Positions 53,012-64,000 of a stretch of 64,000 bases of DNA are shown piece by piece. Source of the stretch: Phoronis australis (lineage: Eukaryota; Animalia; Phoronida); contig NMRA01000358.1 of the NCBI GenBank assembly GCA_002633005.1, positions 62,001 to 126,000 on the forward strand. Reading direction: 5' to 3'. Numbering within the stretch: position 1 is the stretch's first letter; each line of letters begins with the position of its first letter. The notes under the pieces were generated by a model that saw nothing but the letters and a program-made list of their open reading frames with translations, did no database searches and was not told the origin of the DNA. A program made the translations under genes and the position numbers.

Positions 53012-55176
53012 CAGGGCTCGACATAACGAGCTGCAGGTCGCATTTGCGACCTGAAATTTGGAAATGCGAGCTGAGATTTTTGTCAGCTCGTATCAAGTCG
53101 CAAAATGCGACCTGGAATTTCCAACGAATGCGAGCTGAATTTTTACAGTTCTCAACAGATACCTGGCAAATACAAAGCAGCTCTTATTAATCCGACCGTT
53201 ATTTGGTTGTTGCCAAATCCAAGTTCAAAAGAACACTAACAGCCCTCCCGATGACTTGTAAGCAAGTTGCGTGAACATGGAATATGCAGAATCGATCTTT
53301 GATGCGTTTCATTGGCTAACACTTTCGGCCACTTTTGTAAATTCCCGGATTCGCCGAAGAAAGTTTCGGGCCACTGCTTAACATGTGATAAAACTTCACA
53401 AAACGACGGTGTTTCTACTAATTCTTAAGCGATCAACTTACCAAACTTTGTGGTGGACAAAAATGTTTATTTTTCACATAAGATGTCCTTATTACATGTA
53501 CCAAATATCCACGACAATATCCCTGATATCGCAATGCGGCACCGTTAGTGCGCAAGCGGTCCCTTCAGACAATTGTGGCTTAGACTGAGATGTGCTTCTC
53601 CTTTTTATCGTATTAAGACAGCCAAAGTGAAAATGACAACCTTATTAATCGCCAAACGACGGTCACGTCTTTACTTTCAGTTGCCAAGAAATTCACAAAC
53701 CCTTTACTTGTTTCTGGGGCTACGTGCGCGACAAAATGATTTGTCTTTCACACGTTGTTGCCAACCTAACTTGAGTGTAGGCCTACTCCAGCGATTCAAG
53801 TGCGTGAACTCACGCGTGCACACAACTTCAAAAAACAGCGACAGTCGTAAATGAAAGAGTATACCGACTTGGCTCTGGTTTATTTGAAAATGAACTCAGA
53901 TTCCCAGCGGTTATAAAAGACTCGATGTCCCGGGACCGATATAACCCAGAATTGACGTTTACCTGTTCCGATGTTTCCCGAGGTCGATGTTCTGTAAACC
54001 CTGTATTCTATACCCGTAGTCAGCTATTGCAACTAAACTGGCACTAGATGCGAAATTGTGGGTCAAGTTAGCGAACTTTTCATACACCCCCCGGCAACTT
54101 TTCGCTCCCCGAACCACCGTCGCCGCAAAATGCCCAGACTCCTATAGAAACAACCTTGTTCCGGCTGAAGCGGGCAGTTAAAAACAAAACCATTCCGGGT
54201 GGCTAAAAAGGGTACAATGTAGGTGGTAACGATACCCCACTAGATGGAGTTTGTCTCGCAAAATCGTATTATTATAACGTTTCTTACCATTGCAGCGTTT
54301 TAATATCTTATTACCGCAAACACTGAGGTTAACGACTATGCTCACGCACAAGCCAACTCCCTACCTTTAAAGTGTTTCATAATAAGCGCTCACTGATCTA
54401 TCAAAAGTCCCCTCTTAAATGTTGAAAATTTCCAATTAATCGCCCACAGTTCAAGCTAGCGCCCATCATAGCGCACTACAAACGACCGCGTGTGGTTTAA
54501 AATTGACACGCAGCTTATGTGGTACGTCACTTTCATTTTACACAAATTCAGTTTTCAAAAACGTCTTTTCACAATATGTAAAAACCAAATCCCGGCTTTG
54601 TTTTATATCTCGGAAAGAAAGTTAACACTAGTGACATGCGTGTCGTTTTGTGACTGACCTATTTTTCCCGTACTTGGAAGGTATTGAGAAGCAAACTCAC
54701 CATTACCCGAGTTAGTTTGAATCATTAACGACTTTGATGACAGCCAGTAGCAGGCCAGATCTAACAAAATCCCGGATACTTTTTCAACGGGCATTTTCTC
54801 CCTTTTCACATCGCAAATTTAGCTACTCGAATGCACAAGTCAGTTAGAGAGCACTGATACAACTTTCACGTCGGCAACTTTCCTTGCGCTCTAGAGTCTT
54901 TCAATCAGAATGGCGGTCGTGAAGAACAGTAAGGCCGTACCTGCATGAATGAAGTCAATTTTGAGATCCGAAATTTGTGAGTATTTAACGCTGCAGGTGA
55001 GAGCATAATCTAAACATTTTCTCGATGTTCTAAAAAATCTATTTTGGTGCATAAAAATGGCGGGAAAATTTTGCGACCTGGCATTTAGGAATGCGAGCTG
55101 GATTTTGAAAATGCGACCTGGCATTTTGGCTAGGTCGCAAAATGTGACCTGGCAATTTTAATACCGTCGAGCCCTG
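53012..55176. mobile_element. 2.2-kb non-autonomous hAT-like element with 5-bp TSD
   Basis: TIR CAGGGCTCGAC / GTCGAGCCCTG; CTGTC duplicated at 53007-53011 and 55177-55181; clustered TGCGACCTG/TGCGAGCTG motifs at both ends; no transposase ORF. Confidence 0.88.
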
Positions 55177-55495
55177 CTGTCAATTGAAGTATTATGTCCA
55201 CAGTTATCTCGTGCGGTAAAAACGTGCGACCAAAAAGTGGAGTTGGAATCCTTCGCCCGTAAGTCATATTAATTCACATGCTTGATCGAGGACAAAGGAT
55301 TGCTGAAGATTGTAAGTGCTTTTTTAGAGACAATAATTTTGATGAGGTGAAAACCACTTATTTGAGTAGGTGGTTTTAACCTCATCACAAGTGCGTATCT
55401 GTATGTAAGATGATGTGTTAACAACAGTAATATATTATTAATAATATGTTAACAATAGTTGACATTTTTCTACTTTACTTCCAGCATAAACACTG

Positions 55496-58400
55496 ATGGC
55501 AAGTTCTCATACTGGTAAGCATGTAATAATTTGGTGACTTAATATTGTAAACCAATGATCTAGTGTGCATGTGCTCTGACAACTCATTCTGAAACTGTGA
55601 CATTTTTTAAGGAAAAGTTGCTCTGATATGTCAGTTAATTTCTGTACAGAGCTTGTTCATCCCAAGATTGTTATTATTACTATTATAATTTGTCAAATCT
55701 TTCTGATAAATGCATGGGTGCTGTTTTCAGCCAAAACATTTCATTCAGGGTTGGAGTGAGCTCTGGTATCCACAAGCTCTGGTACATTTACTGCTGATGG
55801 CTTTTAGTGATGAAAAATGGAAATAATTGTGTTTGTGTGCGTGCATGTGTGCGTGTGTTTTATATAATTATGAACCAATAAACGTTTTAGATTGGAAAAG
55901 CACTTTGTTGTTTTATGTGTGACCAGAGACATGCTATTGGCAATTTGGGCCTAATTACATTGTGGACCAGGCAGTTAGGTTTGTTATATTAACAAATTTG
56001 TTGGTATCCCCCAAATTTTGGATGAGGATGGGTGTATACCCAAACGGTTGATTTGCTTAACACCCAGGAAGCTAAGACGTCAAAAGATCAATTCTTTTTC
56101 ATTCTGTATAGATCAGTAAAGTACTATTAGCCTGCTTGTACAGTACATGTGTTTTACTGGTATTCGGAGAAATTTGGCTTAAACTGATCGATTGTTACTC
56201 AAAGGTAAGCAAGTTGCAAACATTGTGGTGTTAAAATTCTGACAAGACAAGCATTTGTAAAGACGCATACTCTTTTTAGGAAAGTTCAGTCATATACGTT
56301 TGTTGATAGGTTATAAGCGTAGCATGAGTTCGTGAAAGTGATTTTTAAAAATTTTTGTAGTGTAGTTGAGCTGAGTTTGGGTGTTGATCCTGAACGAGTG
56401 TTGTAAATTCCTCTGTGAAAGAAATATTAACACACTTGAGATCATGTTTCTAATCTTGCCAATGCATGACATGCTTTTTCAACTAAAGCTGCTCTATGAT
56501 TGGCTGCTATCTCACTTTCGTCGACCTTTCTTCTTTGTTTAAAACGAATGAGTACCACGACTTCAACTGACTATTGACTATTTGTTGTCAGTCAACACTG
56601 TTGACAAATAGGAGCGCCTTTTCACTGGATTTAGGTGATATATGCTTTAACTTTTACAGAGTTGTCTTGTACCTAGATATAGTGGTATAGAGGTATAGTG
56701 AGTGAGATTTAAGATCACGTATCACTCGCCCATACCCAGTTGTAACAAAAATGTTATGGACTCGAGTCAAATTCACCTCCCTAAACAAGTGCATGTCATG
56801 ACATCTGGTGTCTAGGCAGAGAACCAACCAGGAAAGTGCAGTGAAAAAATGAAGCTCCTTTTTGTGCAGACGGATATTCATCATACTTGTACTGTTGTTG
56901 CATTGGATTGATTTATGCGACATGTAACACAAGACTACCCAAAAACGTTCACTGAGTTCATTGAATTTTTACTGTGTGAGAAAGATATTCAGTGAACTAT
57001 CTTGTCTTTTTCAGATGTTCATGTTCAGCTTGCCAATGACCTGTTGGCTAAGTTGCACATTGACCGAGTGCTGACCAGGCTGGAGGATGTGGACTGGTCA
57101 GTGTTTGTCATGTTGTATGAGGGTCTCGTAGGGGATCAGCTGAAAGGTGAGACTTATAGCCGTTACAGAGATTCAAGTAAATAAGGGTGTCAAACAAGCA
57201 TAGATGAGGGGCTACTTAATCCAAAAAGTTGGAACAGCTAGTGACAAAGGCAGTCTGCAGTTTGGAAACCCCCTTTCCTTTTCTCTATTTTATATAAGTT
57301 AAAGAGTCCTTTGAGGGGTTGATTTGGTGCCAATGCGATCTCAGATTTTGTTTGGCAACCTGATAGAAATCCCAGGTCACTGCGATGTCGTCATTCACGC
57401 ATCCCAGCACACACGCAAGCTATTACAATAAGTTTCCATTGGAATTGTTTGGCAAAAATAGCAAGGACCCCTGATGAGTCTCGTGTATTGTGTACCGCTA
57501 ATGTGCTTCTGACGTCTAACAGACATTTTTTGAGTTTGTTGGTTTTTCACTTCAAGAGTTTTTTATATAACTTTCAGCTCTCTCCAATTATGGGTCAATT
57601 GTAGGAGCCAGGAGTTTCGTAACCCCTAGTACAAAGTGTCCTTGACTTGGCGACCCTAGTTTTCATCACATTGTACTAGTTTTGCTAAGTGCTGAGCCCT
57701 GACTTTAAAGTTTACTAAACTGCCTGTGCATGTGTACGCAAATTAGTGAGGAGCATAAATCAATGTATTTCAAGTCTCCTTTCGATGTTTACCATTGACT
57801 GTAAAGAAGTGTGCCTAATGGAATCCCAGGTGTTATTTGGATCTGTTAGTCCATGTACAGTAACTAAGGCCATCAGTCCGGGTGGGATTACACAAGCCAC
57901 TACTGAAGCTTGAAGCCTTTTTGTCATTTTAGATGTACTGTGTTGAGCTACCCAGAACATGCCTGCAATACTTTAATCAAAAAATACCAAACGTGATTTA
58001 ATCATTAAAACATAGGCTTGTTCACATGTCCGTGCTATGTCCTAAGGTAAACTTTAAAGTGCTTAAAATCACCAATTTCACATCAAAAACACCAAAAAAA
58101 CAACCCCACCAGTTGATCAGCTGTCAAATTAGCACACCTGTTACCACTATCTGAGGATATGCGAATTAGGTATAAATCTTGACTTAGGAGGTTTATTGGT
58201 CAATACGACATAGAATTGGGACAACCAATCATAGCATTAGTTATCCTCCATGGTGTTTAGTGAGAAATGTTGTCAGATATTGCTGCTCGTTTTCCCGTGA
58301 TTATGGTATATTAAAGAATGGCTAGGCATTGCGTAAATGAGTTGGTTGTGACTACTCAGTATTTGACCACACTGTGGCTACTTTCACTTTCACGCGTGAC

Positions 58401-61400
58401 GTGGGAGAAGTGCGGACATGGCACAATATTGTTCAAGAAACGTGTGTGTTGGTGTACATGACATACTGGTGCTGGGTTCATTCATACACCCAAGTCCATG
58501 CAGCTAAGAAACTTTCAATTCTATTTTTTATTTTTATGATGATGCAGTGCTATAAAGGAAGGTTAAATGATGCGGACAATGTGAAAACAAGGTAAATGAT
58601 GCTTTTAAGCACTTCAAATGTTGAGCAGTGAGAATTTAAAATGACACTGCTGTGTGCAATGGGCCGAACATTGTTACTTGTGTAAGCTCACTGAACACAG
58701 AAGTATCTGTCAAGCCTACCTGTTTTGCGAGTCACCAGAAAGCAGAATTTAACTGAACTTTGCTGGAGACCATCACATGGCCAATTGATAATTTCTGTAC
58801 TGAGAGTATTGGTTGTAAGTTGATCTGTTCTATTACAGACGTGTTATCTTCACCCTGCAGTAGACAAGAGGAAGTGCACAACTGTCAGAGTGTAATTGAC
58901 GCGCTGTCTATGGATGTACTGCAGACATCACTGTCTCATATCACAGGTGAAGATATTGTGGATGGTGACCGCACAGCCGTGGCCAACTTACTGGATGTGT
59001 TTGGTGGTCTAATGGACTTCATTCTCACTCGTATTGATAGCGAAGTGTCTGACTCAGAAGGTAATCATTTGTTATACAGTTGTTGATTTTCGTCTCGGTC
59101 ATTGTGACACTTTTGAAGTAATTTTGAAAAACAATGTATGACTTGGAGTGAAAACCAGTTGTTACAATATGATTACATTAGGTCTGCATTGGGTTATGTT
59201 TTTATTTTTGATCACATCACTCAGTCAGTCACCAATCTGACTGAAAATGTTGTAGACTAATTTGATCAATAACTTCGAGAGAGGCACAATAAATTATATT
59301 TTGGCCAAATTCCCTTGCTTTGCAGTGTTTGCACAGTTGATGTGTATTAAAAAGTCTAGAGCACCCGTATTTTGTAAGTGCATGTCCGGGATCTTTTTGA
59401 AGTTATGAAGTTGACTTGCTATCATGAAGAAGACTGCAACAGGTCTATTTTTGGACGATTCTGACTAATCTGTTTGGTGCCCTGACTCCTTGGAGGCAGT
59501 TTCTACATTTTAGTGATCATCATTTGGTCCATACTTGCGGTGCAGTGGTAAATTCGTGAAAGATACCTGTTTGTTGTCTATTTTGGCGGATTTGAAATCG
59601 TTATAAGTGCATCATCATTATTATCAGTGCTGGAGGGAGCATTGCCATCTTCGGGAATATTGCTGCTTGAGTTGATGGCAGTATTATGGGTGGTGTTGAC
59701 AGTGTCGTGGTCATGGTCTGTACCATTGTTAGTGTCATGGTTGTTGTTTCTATGGTGTCGCTGCCTCCGTTCTTCACCCAATTTTGTAAAATGTCACTTT
59801 GAAATTCATAGTGTTTTTGCTTGAGAGCTAAATAGTGATTTTTTCATAATACAGTACATGCCTAAAATAACCGGACAGCATGACTTAGTATTTCCCCTTC
59901 ATGAAGACTGAGTTCGAGCGCAATTCCCTTTCATGACAGGCAAGTGCACCTTGATAGTGGTTGAAGTGACGGGTCAGTCCCTGTCATGACAGGCAAGTGC
60001 ACCTTGATAGTGGTTGGAGTGACGTGTCAGTCCCTGTCATGACAGGCAAGTGCACCTTGATAGTGGTTGGAGTGACGGGTCAGTCCCTGTCATGACAGGC
60101 AAGTGCACCTTGGTAGTGGTTGGAGTGACGGGTCAGTCCCTGTCATGACAGGCAAGTGCACCTTGATAGTGGTTGGAGTGACGGGTCAGTTCCTGTCATG
60201 ACAGGCAAGTGCACCTTGGTAGTGGTTGGAGTGACGGGTCAGTCCCTGTCATGACAGGCAAGTGCACCTTGATAGTGGTTAAGTGACGGGTCAGTCCTTG
60301 TCATGACGTGGGAAAAGAGAGTTATCTGATTATTTTTTGTCAAACAGTTGTATTGTACAGGACACTAGTATAGAAGAGAGTGATAGATCTATATCGCTAC
60401 TATGTTGACTTTATTGAGTGAGGGGTAATTTGAATCTCTCCCCCTCCAAAGCAATTCCATGGACACTGACTTGCTTGACAGTCTGGATATTGTACAATAC
60501 TTGGAGCTGATGCATATTTAGTAATTATGAATACCTTTGTCTTGTGTTGTCTCTGAACTAATTGTTCTTCACACTTCGTAACTTTGTTTTTTCAAGTTGA
60601 AAGTGAAAGAAATGCAGCAGAGCCCATCCAAGTATCTGAACAACTCAAAGAACCAGATGTGAAAGCTGAAGGATCAAGTGCACAAATAGCTCAGATATCC
60701 TGGGACCATGATGATATGCCTGAAGTAACAAGAGACACTGATTTTCGGTTGTTCGACAGTGAAACGTTCTTACAACGAGACAGTAGAAAGAGGAGTGATA
60801 GAAGATATGAGGGACTAATTGATGGTACTTTCATCAGTAGTTGTGCATTTTAATTTACACTCATTGACTTCCACCANAGACTTGTTAAGTCCTGCTTTGC
60901 AGTCCATTTCTTTCTAAACTTTTGATCAGCAGACAGACAACACACCATTTAGCGACGACTACGCTGTGCCATAGAAAGGAACAGTGAGTGGACAGTGAGT
61001 TGTGTTGACGGTGTTAACTAAATATTTGTGTGTTTCTTTACTCTGTTTACAGATAAGAGCAGTGGGTCAACTCTAGAGCTGATTCAGGAGAGTGAAGTAA
61101 TTCAACAGACTCTGCACCAGCGACCCTACTCCCTCCGTAGACGGACTGATCATGTGACTGATCTAGTCACACCACCTGATGCAACTAGCCAACCACACCC
61201 TGCCACCTCCCGTGTAGATGGAAGACTATCAACTAGAGACCAGCAGCCTCAGCCAGCATTATCTCTTGGTGTTTATAAGAAAGGCAGCATTGATGAAGGA
61301 AAGGGAGACAGCATTTATATTGGGAATGAATCCAGGAGTAGCAGCAAGGATGTAAGGGGTGCTAGTACTTACAGTGGCTTCTCAGAGAGAGAGAGGCCAC

Positions 61401-63219
61401 TCAGGGGCAACAGGGGTACTAGTGATGGTATACAGGGAGCCAGTACGCATGCTGGATACACACTGAGAGACAGACAGTACAAACGAGATACATCAACTGC
61501 TCCATCTGTGGTAGATGGTCACTCAGTCAGGGTATGAAATATTGTCTGCTCCATACAAGTATCATGTTACAGGCAGCTCATAACTTAAAGCCACATTTCA
61601 CCCTGTCAAGCTGGCTAAAAACTAAGATTTAATTAGACTTTGGGTTTTTTAAAATTAGTGTCATAATATTCTTACCCTCAAATGATTACATTTTCCGTTA
61701 CTGACAAGAATATTGAAACCACCAGTGACTTGAAACTCCAGACTTCATTGGGGTTGACCAACCTTAAATTTCCCAATTGAAAAATGCTCATGTGCACATT
61801 TTCTGTAACTTGGATTTGTAATGGAAATGGAACCTTGTCACAGAAATGAATATTATGAGGTTGACGCTATGACAGTAAAAGGCGACTTCGTTTTTAGCCA
61901 GTTAAACAGAGCGAAATACAGCTTTAAGTAGACTTTTGCAGACGCAATATTGAAAGAAAGAAAACGAATTAGCCACAAAATGCACTTTTTTACCAAAAAA
62001 TTACAAACCTTGATAGCATTTTTTAAGGTGCCAATTCAACATGGTGTCACAGGTTCACATATTCTCTATTATGTTCTCCAGTTAGTAGGTCCCCAACAAT
62101 TGCAAATTTTCCGCAGATTTAGATTAAAGTTCACCGTGAGTTTGTGAGTACATGCTCTCATGTAATACCAACTGACCTATCGCCAGGATTTTGCGTGACG
62201 GCTTAATTGACCATCAGACTGCAGTATTCTTGACACACCTTCCTTTCCAAGCTGCCATTTTACCTGACAAACAGTGCATTGCCGGATAAAACATAGTGAG
62301 TTTTGTTTGTTTGTCGGCATTTCACAAGGGACAGAGCTTGTGATAGGTCAATTGTCAAGTCTCTAGGACATGTTAAAAATTTACGAGGTATTCCAACAAG
62401 AAAGAGATGCTAGCATTTTGATACTTCTTGGAAACTGAGCTGCAAGTGCCTCGTCCAATTTTCTCAGCCAAATGAGATCTTAAAAATGCATGTTTTTTGT
62501 CCACTGTAATTTGCTTTAAATGTAACTTTTTACACTTTTGATACTGAGCAGCATTCAAACTAAGGCTGGTAATTTTGTTGTTTGAGCCGGTGTTCCATGT
62601 CAGTACTTGACAAGGTGAGTGTCACCTGGACTTGTTCTTAATTGGTCTGCATTTCTCATCACACTCTCTTGTTAGTGATGATTTCAGATAAATAAACAAA
62701 ATATTTTTTCAGTTAGAACGTAAAATGAAACTTTCCTGTTTCCTATTTACGCTTCTGTCTCAGTTCAACAACGTCATGGTTTTCTGTTCAGTCACCTGGG
62801 TTGATTGTGTGAAATGTAACGCTTGTCCGCTCGATAAGTTTGGTTATTGCGTAACGTTGACTGCATTATTCAAAAGTGTCAGCACGATGTGCCATAGTGC
62901 AATGTTCAGTTGCTATTCAACATATCGACTTGTAACTGGGCCGGGATCTCTTTGTCCGTTAATGCCTGTGTTACCTCCCCCCAGATTCGATCATCTGGCA
63001 GTAGTCCCGTCTCCCTGGACTCTGTGCCCACTGGTCAAGATGCAGGTGAATTCACCACACTGGGCACAAGGCCTCAGACTGACCATACTGAGTCAACATC
63101 CAAAGAGAGGCTACGAGGTGACAGGTATCCGAAGCAGGAGAGATCGAGTGAGCAAGAGGCTCAGAAGTTTGAGTTGCACCATTACGTTCACTTTAACAAC
63201 GATGGCGGGAAGAGACATG
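55496..63219 (+). CDS. CEP95: Centrosomal protein CEP95, 5' exons (continues past the last exon seen)
   Basis: In-frame exons 55496-55514 (MASSHT), 57015-57146 (DVHVQLANDLLAKLHI...VFVMLYEGLVG), 58839-59060 (HNCQSVIDALSMDVLQTSLSHITGEDIV.GD..AVANLLDVFGGL, matching the CEP95 N-terminal domain), 60597-60824, 61053-61531, 62985-63219. Confidence 0.88.
59931..60307. repeat. 53-bp minisatellite, ~7 copies, intronic
   Basis: TCATGACAGGCAAGTGCACCTTGRTAGTGGTTGGAGTGACGGGTCAGTCCCTG with few variants. Confidence 0.95.
61589..61923. mobile_element. TTAA-flanked MITE (Kolobok-like)
   Basis: TTAA at 61585-61588 and 61924-61927; ~38-bp imperfect TIR AGCCACATTTCACCCTG..CTGGCTAAAAAC / GTTTTTAGCCAG..CAGAGCGAAATACAGCT. 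Confidence 0.7.
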
Positions 63220-64000
63220 GTATGAATGGATTTACTTTTATCTAGCATCTTGTCAAGAAATGTTGGCTTGTTCTAGTTAGCCAGTTGATCATACTGTTGG
63301 TTCAGAATATTGGATTCACCAGAAGCATCCAATGCACATTTCGATCTTTGTTTTGAAGTCCAAGGAATTTTCAGCGGAATAACTGACAAAATAAGTCACT
63401 GACCCCATCGAAATTTTAGACTCTATTGGTTTCTTGGCAAATCAGCACTCAACAGGCTTGAGATTTTTTAAAACCTTTATGAAGTTATAAGCATGATATA
63501 ATGGGGCAAGGGGAAAGGTGCCTGTGCTTTCTGAGAGAGTGGTTATTTCAGGTGAGGGAAAATTGTACCCTGTATAAAAAAACACCTGTCCATGGCTGGT
63601 GGGCAAGTCAAGCGTCCAAACCGATTGGCCATCTGGTAATTGCCCCTTGGCAAGCAATGTTGACATTGTTCATTTGACTGTACATCTCACCCTGAACCTG
63701 AAATTCAGTGTTTGCCTTAGGGGGAATGTTTAATTCATCAGAGGGACTGATGAGGGGGATTTGGAATGATTTTAAAACATTCTTCGTAAGGAAATGGGGC
63801 TCTTATTCAAGGTATCAGGGACCCTACATAAATTTTTATTTCTTGACATTCTCTTAATAGTAAGCACAAACCATTATCATGTTCCAATGAAGGATATCTG
63901 TGTCATTTGTGTATTGTCTTTGGTTAATAGCCGAAGGTGTGTTTGATCAGTAAATCAAAACTTAACTTGTAATTCATTTCACTGGTTTTCGTGGTTACCC

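Overview
AT-rich animal (invertebrate-like) genomic scaffold, not prokaryotic, with single-N contig joins at 173, 12920, 26600, 28783, 30523, 34975, 37452 and 60877. Four spliced host genes are partly visible: the 3' end of a type I membrane protein with an FxNPxY tail (+, 1823-3632), the middle exons of an SLC22 transporter (-, 13023-29354, one exon present twice across a gap), the 3' half of a BAIAP3/Munc13-4-like gene (+, 40271-45840) and the 5' part of CEP95 (+, 55496-63219). The rest is rich in mobile DNA: decayed LINEs, an Academ element, Kolobok-type elements, several CA...TG elements with 5-bp target duplications, and 5S- and tRNA-derived SINE heads. There is also a frameshifted orphan histone H4 copy next to LINE endonuclease sequence, and a 3.07-kb perfect 36-bp tandem array that produces the three ~1000-aa ORFs and is not a CRISPR. 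I found no convincing new multi-gene system. The best leads are the array with its fold-back start, the H4/hairpin/LINE chimera, the 5S-headed element and an orphan P/A/K/T-repeat ORF. All family assignments come from recalled motifs, not database searches.
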